A stretch of DNA of 33,080 nucleotides from Pedosphaera sp. (lineage in GTDB: Bacteria > Verrucomicrobiota > Verrucomicrobiia > Limisphaerales > UBA9464), in contig SIAZ01000002.1 of assembly GCA_009695405.1 (NCBI GenBank), positions 1-33,080 of the forward strand, in the 5' to 3' direction. Of this stretch, positions 18,563 to 28,396 are shown piece by piece. Made by a program: the position numbers and the translations under genes. The number at the start of each line of letters is the position of its first letter. Within the stretch, counting starts at the first letter, position 1. The notes below the pieces were generated by a model. It was given only the letters and a program-made list of their open reading frames with translations. It made no database searches and was not told the DNA's origin.

Positions 18563-21304
18563 ATGATCTCTCGGAAACTTTTCCCGACACTGGCCTCGAC
18601 ACTGGCTTTTGCCACGCTGCTTCCCGGCCTAATAGCCTCTGTGTCTGTACCCTCACCCGTGGGGTGGGTCGACGAGGGCACTCTCCTCTTGGGCGAGCTT
18701 AATTGTATCGCCTGCCATAACGTCGATTCCCCAGCTGCAGAACGGTTAGTTGCACGCGGCGCACCTGTTCTTTCGGGTAACGCGATCAAAAGTTCACCCG
18801 CTTGGCTCCGCCGTTGGATCAGCGCCCCACAGACGTCCAAGCCTAGGACATCGATGCCCAGCTTATTACACGGACTGCCTGCTGCACGCCAAGCCGAAGT
18901 CGCCGAGAGTCTTACTCATTATTTAGTTTCCTTGCGTACGACCAATGAACCCATAGGCATCCAAGGCAGCTCCGCAGGTATTGAGCAAGGGCGCATCCTT
19001 TATCACAATCTTGGGTGCGTGGCTTGTCATGCTCCAGAAACCAAGCCGACCGACACCACAGAAGCTGCGTTCGCTAAAGCAAAACAAGACGCTGTTCCCC
19101 TTGGGGATTTAGCCAGAAAATATCCAGCAGGCGAACTCGCTCGTTTTCTTCAAGATCCCTTGGCCCATCGCCCGGGTGGCCGGATGCCCGCCTTGAACCT
19201 AACTTCGACCGAGGCAAGTTCGATCGCTATCTTCTTGCTGCGCGACCAAGCCGCTCCCTCTGCCGGCCAAGCCAAGAAACCCGCTTTCCTCGCCGGTCTC
19301 CACTACGACTACTTCGAGACCGCCGCCAACTCCGTTGCGCAATTGCTAGCTGCAACCCCGAAATCGTCGGGAACCACTCCCACTCTCGAACTTTCTATGC
19401 CTCATCCTGGTGGTAACTGGGGGGTTCGTTTCTCCGGATTTATTGAGATCCCTACCGATGGCAAATACCGTTTCTGGACACGTTCTGATGATGGTTCCCA
19501 ACTCCTTATCGATGGCTCGATTGTCGTTAATAACGATGGAGTCCATCCGCCCGTCGAAAAATCTGGTACTGTAACGCTAAAGGCAGGATCACACGCCTTC
19601 GAAGTGGTATTCTTTCAAGATGGCGGTGAGACAGAATTACAGGTCACTTGGGCACCGCCCGCGACCAAACGTGGCCCGATACCCGCCGAACTGTTTAAGC
19701 ACGGTGGTCAACCCCTTCTCCCTTTGGATTGGGAAGAGTTTACTCTTAATCCCGCAAAAGTGGCGGCGGGCCGTCGTCACTTTACTGAATTCAACTGTGC
19801 GGCTTGCCATGGAATGACGGCCCCCCTCAGCCCAGTCCCTTCGCCCAAGGCCAAATCCCTCGTCAAAGTAGCCTCTCGCCCCACCGCAGGTTGCTTGGCT
19901 GATGTTCCATCGACTAAGGCACCTCAATTTGACCTTTCTCCCTCCCAACGCAACGCATTGCGCAAAACGTTGGCTACGGTCCAGACACTCTCTCAAGCGC
20001 TGACGCCTGCTGAAGATGTCCGTCTTACTATGGCTCGACTCAACTGTGTGGCCTGTCACTCCCGCGACGGTTTTGGTGGCCCCGAAGCGTCCGGTCGAGC
20101 GGATTGGTTCACCGTGGTTGGTGAGGTAGATCTGGGCGATGAAGGCCGACTGCCGCCGCATCTGACTGGAGTGGGTGGTAAGCTCAAAGAGAGTGCGCTC
20201 AAAGCGGTCCTTGAGAGGGGTCAAAAGGTTCGCCCCTATATGGCCACACGTATGCCGGTCTTTGGAGCTCGGTCCGCTCGTTTAGCGCCTCTTTTGAAAA
20301 AGGCAGATCAACGGCCTGAAGCCTTGGCAACTCCCACTTTCAAGGAGGCCGACACCAAGACCGGATGGAAGTTGGTGGGCCGAGACGGCCTCGCCTGCGT
20401 GGCCTGCCATACCTTTACCACTTTTGGATCCATGGGCGTTCCAGCACTGGCGCTAGACCGAATGGCAGAGCGTTTAGAATGGGATTGGTTCCGTCGCTAC
20501 CTGCCAGATCCAGCAGCACTCCGACCTGTCACTCGGATGCCCACTTTTTGGCCTGAGGGACAGGCTGTAAATCAGACAATTCTTAAAGGCTCAACAGAGG
20601 GGCAAATTCAAGCGATCTACGCCTACCTCTCCGATGGTGCCAAGGCAGAGGTCCCTGCTGGATTGATCCGTGGGAAAAAGGAACTGATCGTTGATGATGA
20701 AGCCGTGATTTACCGTAATTTCATCGAGGGTTCCGGGGCACGCGCCATCGGCGTCGGCTACCCTGATCACGCTAATCTTGCCTTCGACGCTCAAAACCTG
20801 CGCATGGCCTTACTCTGGCAAGGTTCCTTTATTGATTTAGCTCGTCATAGCACTGATCGCGGTACCGGTTTTGAACCGCCACTGGGCGATCACCGGATTC
20901 AACTCCCCGAGGGACCCGCCTTTGCCCTATTGGAAAAATCAACCGACCCTTGGCCTAAACTAAAATCCTCAGACGACGCTTTTCTTGGGTATCGTCTTGA
21001 TGCACGTCAACGACCTACCTTCCGCTATAAATCAGGGGGGGTTGGGATTGAAGAAACCCCGCTTCCCCAACCAGGCCCAGTGGACATGACCCTCGTGCGA
21101 ACCTTCCGATTTCAAGGCAGCCCGAAAGGGTCGCTTTGGCTCCGACTCGCCACGGGGACAGTCCGGGAAAAAGGAGCTGCTTTCCTAGTGAATGACACTC
21201 TATCCATCACTGTTAGTGGATTATCTGCTCCGATTATCGAAGGTAACGAACTCCGTGTCTTGGTGGATACCTCCAGTGAACTCGTCGTTGAGATGACTTG
21301 GTAA
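18563..21304 (+). CDS. secreted multi-haem c-type cytochrome with an embedded PA14 domain (PVC-type haem-binding protein)
   Basis: Five CxxCH motifs (CIACH, CVACH, CAACH, CVACH, CVACH). PA14-like block GNWGVRFSGFIEIPTDGKYRFWTRSDDGSQLLIDGSIVVNNDG...GSHAFEVVFFQDGGETELQVTW. I prefer the ATG at 18563, which gives signal peptide MISRKLFPTLASTLAFATLLPGLIASV, over the TTG at 18539. Confidence 0.8.
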   Translation: MISRKLFPTLASTLAFATLLPGLIASVSVPSPVGWVDEGTLLLGELNCIACHNVDSPAAERLVARGAPVLSGNAIKSSPAWLRRWISAPQTSKPRTSMPSLLHGLPAARQAEVAESLTHYLVSLRTTNEPIGIQGSSAGIEQGRILYHNLGCVACHAPETKPTDTTEAAFAKAKQDAVPLGDLARKYPAGELARFLQDPLAHRPGGRMPALNLTSTEASSIAIFLLRDQAAPSAGQAKKPAFLAGLHYDYFETAANSVAQLLAATPKSSGTTPTLELSMPHPGGNWGVRFSGFIEIPTDGKYRFWTRSDDGSQLLIDGSIVVNNDGVHPPVEKSGTVTLKAGSHAFEVVFFQDGGETELQVTWAPPATKRGPIPAELFKHGGQPLLPLDWEEFTLNPAKVAAGRRHFTEFNCAACHGMTAPLSPVPSPKAKSLVKVASRPTAGCLADVPSTKAPQFDLSPSQRNALRKTLATVQTLSQALTPAEDVRLTMARLNCVACHSRDGFGGPEASGRADWFTVVGEVDLGDEGRLPPHLTGVGGKLKESALKAVLERGQKVRPYMATRMPVFGARSARLAPLLKKADQRPEALATPTFKEADTKTGWKLVGRDGLACVACHTFTTFGSMGVPALALDRMAERLEWDWFRRYLPDPAALRPVTRMPTFWPEGQAVNQTILKGSTEGQIQAIYAYLSDGAKAEVPAGLIRGKKELIVDDEAVIYRNFIEGSGARAIGVGYPDHANLAFDAQNLRMALLWQGSFIDLARHSTDRGTGFEPPLGDHRIQLPEGPAFALLEKSTDPWPKLKSSDDAFLGYRLDARQRPTFRYKSGGVGIEETPLPQPGPVDMTLVRTFRFQGSPKGSLWLRLATGTVREKGAAFLVNDTLSITVSGLSAPIIEGNELRVLVDTSSELVVEMTW

Positions 21305-21334
21305 ACTCGAACTCACCCCTTTTTGAATTTCGCT

Positions 21335-22813
21335 ATGAAATCCGCTCTGAAGTTCCTGATGCTCACTGCCTCTGCAGCATTAGCACTCTTTCCCACCCGA
21401 GCCGCCAGCAAGGCCGAAGAAGAAGCCGAGTACTACCCAATTACCCGACTCCCGATACCCGCTAACATTGTCCTAGAAGCTGGGGCACTTCAAATTCTTC
21501 CTGACCGCAAACTCGCTGTCTCGACGCGACTCGGTGAAATTTGGTTCGTTTCAGGTGCCTTCGATAACAATCCAGCCGCAGTAAAATTCACTCGGTTTGC
21601 CTCCGGCTTACATGAAATCCTAGGACTTACTACCCGAGGTGATGGATGGATTTATGCGACACAACGGGGTGAAGTGACTCGAATCCGCGACACCAATGGT
21701 GACGGCCGAGCTGATCTTTTCGAGACAGTCGCCGACGGTTGGGGCATCAATGGAGATTACCACGAATACGCCTTTGGATCGAAGTTTGATCGCGACGGCA
21801 ATATTTGGGTTACCCTATGTTTGACCGGTTCATTCACCAGTGAAAATCCCTACCGAGGGTGGGCGTTGCGGGTGGGTTCTGATGGGAAAGTTACCCCAAC
21901 CACCAGCGGCCTCCGATCACCAGGCGGCGTGGGAACTAATCATTTAGGCGATATGTTTTATGCCGACAATCAAGGCCCTTGGAATGGCACTTGTTGGCTC
22001 AAACATCTGAAACCAGGTGCTTTCGTCGGAAACCCAAGCGGCAATCGTTGGTATGAGTTAGCCTCTACGGTTATGGGACCCCGCCCCAAAGATCCTGAGA
22101 GCAATAGTCGTATTCCGCTTCAGCGCGCGCGTATTTCTGAGCTCGTTCCTCCAGCCATCGGCTTTCCCTATAATCGTATGGGCCAAAGTGCCTCCGGTAT
22201 CCAAAACGATGGCACCGCCGGTAAATTCGGTCCGTTCCAAAACCAATTATTCGTCGGTGACCAAACTTGGAGCACGATTATGAGGGTCTATCTCGAACAG
22301 GTTAATGGAGTTTATCAAGGTGCCTGCTTCCCCTTCCGCGAAGGTTTCGGTAGTGGAACACTCAGTCTCGAAATGGCCGACGATGGTACTCTGTTTGTCG
22401 GCGGTACAGATCGCGGTTGGGGAGCGCGTGGGGGCAAACCTTTTGCTCTCGAACGTCTTGCTTGGTCAGGCAAGATACCCTTCGAAATACAGGAGATGCG
22501 GGCCAAATCTGATGGCTTCGAACTCACCTTTACGCAGCCTGTTGATCCGATCTCGGCCGCTGATCCAACGTCATACCAGTTTCGTACTTTCACTTACATC
22601 TATCAGTCTAATTACGGATCGCCTGAAGTGGATGAATCTAAGTCCAATATCCAATTGGCCATTGTCTCAGCAGATCGCCGTAGCGTTCATCTAAAGACCG
22701 CCCTTAATATCGGGCATTTGCACGAACTTAAACCGATCGGAATCCGCTCCGCCAACGGAAAATCGCTCTTGCATCCCTTGGCTTATTATACACTGAACGA
22801 AATCCCTAAGTAA
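21335..22813 (+). CDS. secreted beta-propeller protein resembling PQQ-dependent sugar / sorbosone dehydrogenase-like proteins
   Basis: Signal peptide MKSALKFLMLTASAALALFPTRAAS from the ATG at 21335. Blocks IRDTNGDGRADLFETVADGWGINGDYHEYAFGSKFDRDGNIWV and GLRSPGGVGTNHLGDMFYADNQGPWNG are typical of this propeller class. Only 30 nt separate it from the upstream cytochrome gene. Confidence 0.65.
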   Translation: MKSALKFLMLTASAALALFPTRAASKAEEEAEYYPITRLPIPANIVLEAGALQILPDRKLAVSTRLGEIWFVSGAFDNNPAAVKFTRFASGLHEILGLTTRGDGWIYATQRGEVTRIRDTNGDGRADLFETVADGWGINGDYHEYAFGSKFDRDGNIWVTLCLTGSFTSENPYRGWALRVGSDGKVTPTTSGLRSPGGVGTNHLGDMFYADNQGPWNGTCWLKHLKPGAFVGNPSGNRWYELASTVMGPRPKDPESNSRIPLQRARISELVPPAIGFPYNRMGQSASGIQNDGTAGKFGPFQNQLFVGDQTWSTIMRVYLEQVNGVYQGACFPFREGFGSGTLSLEMADDGTLFVGGTDRGWGARGGKPFALERLAWSGKIPFEIQEMRAKSDGFELTFTQPVDPISAADPTSYQFRTFTYIYQSNYGSPEVDESKSNIQLAIVSADRRSVHLKTALNIGHLHELKPIGIRSANGKSLLHPLAYYTLNEIPK

Positions 22814-22913
22814 GATTCACTCGCACCGGATGCAAATCGCTCACTTGACCCACTGCCTAGTTCTCTAGCTTCAACCCATTGCGCAAGGCGGATCCTCCTG
22901 TAAAATTTCATCT

Positions 22914-23804
22914 ATGGTTCCTTATCACTGGGTCGCTTTCCTCTTCTTTCTCCTTGGCTTAACCGCCTGCCGCAAGTCAGAAACTAACCAAACCCAAGCC
23001 ACTGCCGAGATTCCTTCTGAGTACATGGTGCGTGGAGTGGTTCGGCAGTTAACCCTAGGTGGAACTTCTTTGGTGGTCAAACACGAGGAGGTCCCCGGCT
23101 TCATGCCGGCGATGACCATGCCTTTCGATGTGCGCGATACCAATGAACTGGCCCGCATTAAACCGGGTGACCTGATTCAATTCCGAATGCTGATCACCAC
23201 CAATGACGGTTGGATCGACCGCATTCAAGTGCTCGGGACGGTAACAAATACCCCTGCCGATCCCTCACCGATCCGCTTCGCTTCCTCGGTACCTGTCCTC
23301 AATGCAGGAGATCCCCTCCCCGATTACGTCCTTACCAATGAGTTAGGCAAAACAATCCGACTTTCCGATTTTAGCGGTAAGGTCCTCGTCTTCACCTTCA
23401 TCTTTACTCGATGTCCTTACCCTGATTTCTGCCCGCGAATGACCGATCATTTCTCGCGGACTCTGAAGAAACTCGCTAGCAACCCCAGCGCCTCCACCAA
23501 AGTCCATCTTTTATCGATCTCCTTTGATCCGGAAAGGGACACGCCTGAACTGCTTTTAGCCTACGCCGAACGGTATGCTTATGACCCCAAGAAATGGAGC
23601 TTGGCCACGGGCGCTTGGGATCAACTAGAACCGCTCACCGGCCATTTCGGTCTTGTGTTTGGACGCGATGTTCCGCCTGAGAAAATGGAACATAATCTGC
23701 GGACTGTTGTCGTTCGACCCTCTGGAAAAATCCAAGCTGTCATCAATAGTAACGAGTGGGATGTCGACGATTTGATTCGAGAAATCGAAGCTGCTGCTAA
23801 GTGA
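22914..23804 (+). CDS. lipoprotein fusion of a CusF-like copper-binding domain and a SCO1/SenC copper chaperone domain
   Basis: Lipobox LLGLTAC. CusF-like HEEVPGFMPAMTMPFDVRD...IKPGDLIQFRM. The SCO thioredoxin fold has a CxxxC motif (FIFTRCPYPDFCPRMT) and a downstream HNLRTVVV. Confidence 0.8.
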   Translation: MVPYHWVAFLFFLLGLTACRKSETNQTQATAEIPSEYMVRGVVRQLTLGGTSLVVKHEEVPGFMPAMTMPFDVRDTNELARIKPGDLIQFRMLITTNDGWIDRIQVLGTVTNTPADPSPIRFASSVPVLNAGDPLPDYVLTNELGKTIRLSDFSGKVLVFTFIFTRCPYPDFCPRMTDHFSRTLKKLASNPSASTKVHLLSISFDPERDTPELLLAYAERYAYDPKKWSLATGAWDQLEPLTGHFGLVFGRDVPPEKMEHNLRTVVVRPSGKIQAVINSNEWDVDDLIREIEAAAK

Positions 23805-23905
23805 GATTGGATTCCGAAGTTCCAACTTTAAGGGAGTCACTCCAATTCTTGTGATCAAGAAGGAATCTGGTCATTGAGCCTAGATTAGATCAAAATCATT
23901 TACAA

Positions 23906-24370
23906 ATGAGCCGCATTGAATCGACGCTAACTGAATTGGGACTTACTTTACCCAACATACCTCCACTGGGTGGCAATTATCTCCCGTACCGCATAGAGGG
24001 CACCTTCTTGTATCTGCCCGGGGCCATAGCCAGCCGAGATGGAAAAATACAATTTGCGGGCAAGGTGGGCGATAACCTGACCTTGGAGCAAGGGTATGAG
24101 GCAGCGAAGCTCTGTGCATTGAACCTGTTGGCCTTCGCTAAACTGGCATTGGGAGACCTAGACCGCATTGATCATATCGTTTCGGTGAATGGCTATGTAA
24201 ATTGCCTTTCGGGCTTTTCCGATAGCCCTAAAGTTATTAACGGTGCGAGCGATCTTTTGGTCAGTGTCCTCGGCGATGCCGGCCGACATGTTCGCGCAGC
24301 GGTGGGGGTTGCGGGGTTGCCCTTGAATTCTGCCGTCGAAGTACAAATGTTGGTCGCTTTAAAAGCCTGA
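23906..24370 (+). CDS. RidA/YjgF-family protein
   Basis: 154 aa. Family-like blocks LYLPGAIA, KVGDNLTLEQGYEAAKLCALNLLA, VNGYVN and RAAVGVAGLPLNSAVEVQM. Confidence 0.75.
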   Translation: MSRIESTLTELGLTLPNIPPLGGNYLPYRIEGTFLYLPGAIASRDGKIQFAGKVGDNLTLEQGYEAAKLCALNLLAFAKLALGDLDRIDHIVSVNGYVNCLSGFSDSPKVINGASDLLVSVLGDAGRHVRAAVGVAGLPLNSAVEVQMLVALKA

Positions 24371-24435
24371 GCCATGACTCAGCATCCCCCAGAATTTGGA
24401 TCACTCTCCGCTCTCGTTCTATCGGTAATTAACTC

Positions 24436-26277
24436 GTGACCCCTCTGCCACCCAATGTTGATCTCCTGAATCCTTTAAAAAAGGTGTTTGGGTACACTGC
24501 ATTCCGGCCTCATCAAGAAGAGATCATTCGGACATCGATGGCGGGTCGAGACGTCTTTGCCCTTTTGCCAACAGGGGGTGGTAAGTCGTTGTGTTTTCAA
24601 CTGCCTGCACTGGTGCGCCCCGGATTGACGGTCGTTATTTCGCCATTGATCGCCTTGATGAAGGATCAAGTGGATCAACTGCAAGCTAACGGTGTTGCTG
24701 CCACCTTCTTAAATTCAACCTTAGGCGAGAAAGAACGCAAAGCTCGCTGGCGCGGTCTGAATGCCGGTCAATACAAACTCTTGTATCTCTCACCCGAGCG
24801 ATTGATGGCAGGTGAAGGTTCTATTTTTGACGCACTAAGCCGCTGGGGCGTGGTACTAGTGGCAGTCGACGAGGCTCATTGCATCAGTGAATGGGGGCAC
24901 GATTTTCGACCGGAATATCGCCAGTTAGCAACCTTACGCGAACGGATGACCGACTTGCCGTTTATGGCGTTGACGGCCACTGCGACGACTCGCGTGCGCA
25001 ATGACATTGTACAGCAGTTAAGTTTGCGAGATCCTGCCATCTTTGTCGCTAGTTTCAATCGCCCTAATCTGACCTATCGAGTGCTGCCCAAAGCCCAAGG
25101 GTACAAGCAGATTTTGGAGTTCATGCGAGCGCGCCCTCGGGAAAGCGGTATCGTCTATTGTTTCAGTCGAGCAGGTGCGGAATCGCTCGCCGAAAAACTG
25201 AAAACAGATCGTATTAGGGCCTTACCTTATCATGCGGGATTGACCCCACTGGAAAGGGCAAAAAATCAGGATGCGTTTCTGAGAGACGAGACTCGGGTGA
25301 TTTGCGCCACTATTGCCTTTGGAATGGGTATCAATAAACCCAATGTACGCTTTGTTATCCATCATGATTTACCAAAAAATATAGAGGGCTATTATCAGGA
25401 GACCGGACGTGCTGGACGCGATGGGTTACCCAGCGAATGCGTCTTATTATTTAGTGCTGGCGATGTAGCCAAGCAAACATCGTTCATTGCCGAAAAATCA
25501 AATCCAGAGGAACAGCGGTTAGCGCGGGAACAACTCCGGCAGATGACCCGGTACGCCGAAGATGCGGGATGTCGGCGAGTGGCTCTAATGGGCTATTTTG
25601 GTGAAGATTTTTCTAAGGCGAGTTGTGGCGCTTGCGATAACTGTTTGAACCCTCGGGATACTTGGGATGCCACCGTACCTGCTCAGAAATTTCTCAGTTG
25701 TGTGTTCCGTATTCGCCAAAAGAGCGGCTTTAATACAGGGATCAACCATGTCATTGCGGTGCTCACTGGAAGTGATTCAGAGAAAATCCGACAATGGGGA
25801 CACCAGACACTCACCACCTACGGCATTGGCATGGATATGGGTCGCAATGAGTGGGGCGGGGTCGGGCGTGAATTGATCCGTCTAGGGTATCTACGTCAGA
25901 TTTCAGAGCCTTATAGTATTATTGAAATGGCACCCGACGGACTGGCCGCTTTAAAGGATCGTCGCCTCATTCATTTGACCCGTCCCATGGAGCGTGGGCG
26001 TCCCAAGGCAGAGCGTATCGGAGATATCTCTTGCGACGAGTTACTATTTGAGAAATTGCGTCAATTAAGGAAGACCATAGCTGACGCGCAAGGGGTGCCT
26101 CCTTACATTGTGTTTGGGGATGTTTCGCTGAGGCAAATGGCTCGGGAATATCCGGTGTCGGAAGGCGATTTCCGGAGAATTTCCGGGGTTGGCGAACGCA
26201 AAGTACAAGACTATGGAAAATCTTTTTTTGAAGAGATTCGGGGACATTTGCAGACGAATCCACGACAGTCGTTTTAA
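24436..26277 (+). CDS. recQ: ATP-dependent DNA helicase RecQ
   Basis: VFGYTAFRPHQEEII, LLPTGGGKSLCFQLPAL, VDEAHCISEWGHDFRPEY, LTATAT, the Zn-finger cysteines (CRRV...CGACDNC) and a C-terminal HRDC domain (LFEKLRQLRKTIADAQGVPPYIVFGDVSLRQMA). GTG start at 24436. Confidence 0.95.
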   Translation: MTPLPPNVDLLNPLKKVFGYTAFRPHQEEIIRTSMAGRDVFALLPTGGGKSLCFQLPALVRPGLTVVISPLIALMKDQVDQLQANGVAATFLNSTLGEKERKARWRGLNAGQYKLLYLSPERLMAGEGSIFDALSRWGVVLVAVDEAHCISEWGHDFRPEYRQLATLRERMTDLPFMALTATATTRVRNDIVQQLSLRDPAIFVASFNRPNLTYRVLPKAQGYKQILEFMRARPRESGIVYCFSRAGAESLAEKLKTDRIRALPYHAGLTPLERAKNQDAFLRDETRVICATIAFGMGINKPNVRFVIHHDLPKNIEGYYQETGRAGRDGLPSECVLLFSAGDVAKQTSFIAEKSNPEEQRLAREQLRQMTRYAEDAGCRRVALMGYFGEDFSKASCGACDNCLNPRDTWDATVPAQKFLSCVFRIRQKSGFNTGINHVIAVLTGSDSEKIRQWGHQTLTTYGIGMDMGRNEWGGVGRELIRLGYLRQISEPYSIIEMAPDGLAALKDRRLIHLTRPMERGRPKAERIGDISCDELLFEKLRQLRKTIADAQGVPPYIVFGDVSLRQMAREYPVSEGDFRRISGVGERKVQDYGKSFFEEIRGHLQTNPRQSF

Positions 26278-26347
26278 GCAGCGACGGACTGGCCTAGTGA
26301 TCAAGTAAACGTCTGCCGGTTGTTTCATCGATTGGTTTTATAATTCT

Positions 26348-28311
26348 ATGAATCCTCTCCACATTACCCAAACTAGCGGGCACCGATTACGGCTCGCTTG
26401 GCTTATGGTGGTGCAATTAGTTGGGCTCTTTACGGTACTACGGGTCAGTCTGGCCGTTTTCTTCCCGTCACCCCTTCCAGTTTCTCTCATCGACTGGGTT
26501 CACTGCTTCGCCATTGGATTCCATTTCGACCTCGCTGTTAGCATCCTGTAAGTGACCCCCATTGCGCTTTGGAGCACGATAGGATCTTTGACCCCATGGA
26601 CGACAGTTCGATCACGACGGATATTGGCCGTGAGTTCTGTCGTGGGTTGGAGCGCAATGGTCTTCCTCTTAATTTCAGAGGCTTTTTTCTTCGAGGAATT
26701 TCAGTCCCGCTTTAATCCGGTTGCCGTTGATTATCTTATCTTCCCTCATGAAGTTTTTGTGAACGTGTGGGAGAGTTATCCTTTTCTGCGAGTGTTGTTT
26801 GGCTGCCTTATTTTGGGAACCGGCGCTGCCCTGCTCAGTCTGCGGGTGACCCGTTCCGTGCCTACACCTGGAAGGAATCGTTTTGCCGCAGTGATCTGAT
26901 CTCTCTGTGCTTTGGGACTCGGCTTAAGTCTTCGAAGCTCCGAAGCGCGCTTTAGTCGCGATCGATCTGTAAATGAACTCGCTGGAAACACCTTCGTCGC
27001 TCTTGGCACCGCGATCCTGACTCGCAATTTAGATTATGCGGCTTTCTATCCAACCATCCCGTTAGCGGAAGCCTTCAATCTGGCACGAAATCGTCTTATG
27101 AGTCCGGGTCAAATCCCTTCTGGCGGACCCGAAAGCCTTCAACGCCACATTCCCGGTGATGCGTCTCGCCCAAAACTAAATGTGATCCTGTTACTCGAAG
27201 AAAGTCTTGGATCAGAATTCTGGGGAAGTCTCGGGCGCCCGGGGACATCGCTAATGCCTCGCATGGATGCTTTCGCCACGAACGAGGCCATGTTGTTCGA
27301 CAATCTGTATGCCGACGGGAACCGGACTATCCGAGGGTATGAGGGCGTCTACTGTAGCTTTCCACCCTTACCTGGCGACTCCATCGTGGCCCGTGACCGC
27401 ACCCTGGGCGTGGAAACCATCGCTCAAGTCCTCGGGCGCGATGGATATAAAACAACATTCATCTATGCAGGACGCGGATCCTTTGATGGCACAGGGACTT
27501 TTGCTCAAAAAAACGGGTGGGGAAAATTTCTCGAGCTCAAGGATTTTAGCCAACCCTCTTTCACGACTATCTGGGGTGTTTGCAATGAGGATCTCTACTA
27601 TAAATCACTCGAAGAAATGAGAGCGGCGCATGCGAGTGGAAAACCGTTCTTTGTTACAACCATGTCAGTCTCTAACCACAAACCTTATACCTATCCAGCA
27701 GGTCGGATCACCGAAGATCCGAAGGCACAAAAACGGGATCAGGCGGTTAAATATGCAGATTATACCCTAGCTCGATTTTTTGAAATGGCTCGGAAGGAAC
27801 CCTTCTGGACAAACACCGTTTTTGCAGTGGTCGCCGATCACGGAGCGCGTGTCTATGGGAGTCAGACTATCCCCATTCGGTCTTATGAGATTCCCATGCT
27901 TATCGCCGGACCAGCAGTGGTAAAAACCGCTCGACGCGCTTCGATGCTGGGGTGTCAACTGGATGTCGGGCCGACCCTTTTAGGGTTGATTGGCCGGCCC
28001 TATGATTCTGTTTTTTTGGTCGCGATTTACTCAAGGACCCCGAGTCACGCCGCCGAGTCTTGTTGCATCATAATCGTTCGGTTGGAATTTATGCAGATGA
28101 ACGGTTGGTGGTTTTTAGCATGAACAAGAAACGGGAATACTATTCTGGAAATCCAAAGTTAGGTCAGATGCAACGTGTACCTGTACCCGACGAACGAATG
28201 AAGGAATTAGAAGAAGACGCGATCGCTTTATTTCAAACAGCGGACTCCGTCTATATGACCCGAAATTTCCGAGTTAATCTTTCGTCTACAGTTCTCCGAG
28301 AGAAGCCGTGA
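26348..28311 (+). pseudogene. LTA-synthase / sulfatase-family (phosphoglycerol-transferase-like) membrane enzyme, disrupted by two in-frame stops and one frameshift
   Basis: Four track ORFs form one colinear protein. The TM region 26348-26551 ends at TAA 26549-26551 and continues in the same frame as VTPIALW...FEEFQSRFNPVAVDYLIFPHEVFVNVWESYP. It then ends at TGA 26897-26899 and again continues in the same frame into the sulfatase domain (LNVILLLEESLGSEFWG...SVSNHKPYTYP...VVADHG). A T7 run at 28011-28017 shifts the frame. After the shift the reading is SVFFGRDLLKDPESRRRVLLHHNRSVGIYADERLVVF, ending at 28311. Confidence 0.85.
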
Positions 28312-28396
28312 TCTTCTTTTTCTAGCTTTGCCGCCTCTAGAATTCCCAAAAATCGGAGCGACTTCGGTTCGAGCATTCACTGGATCCACTCCCAAC

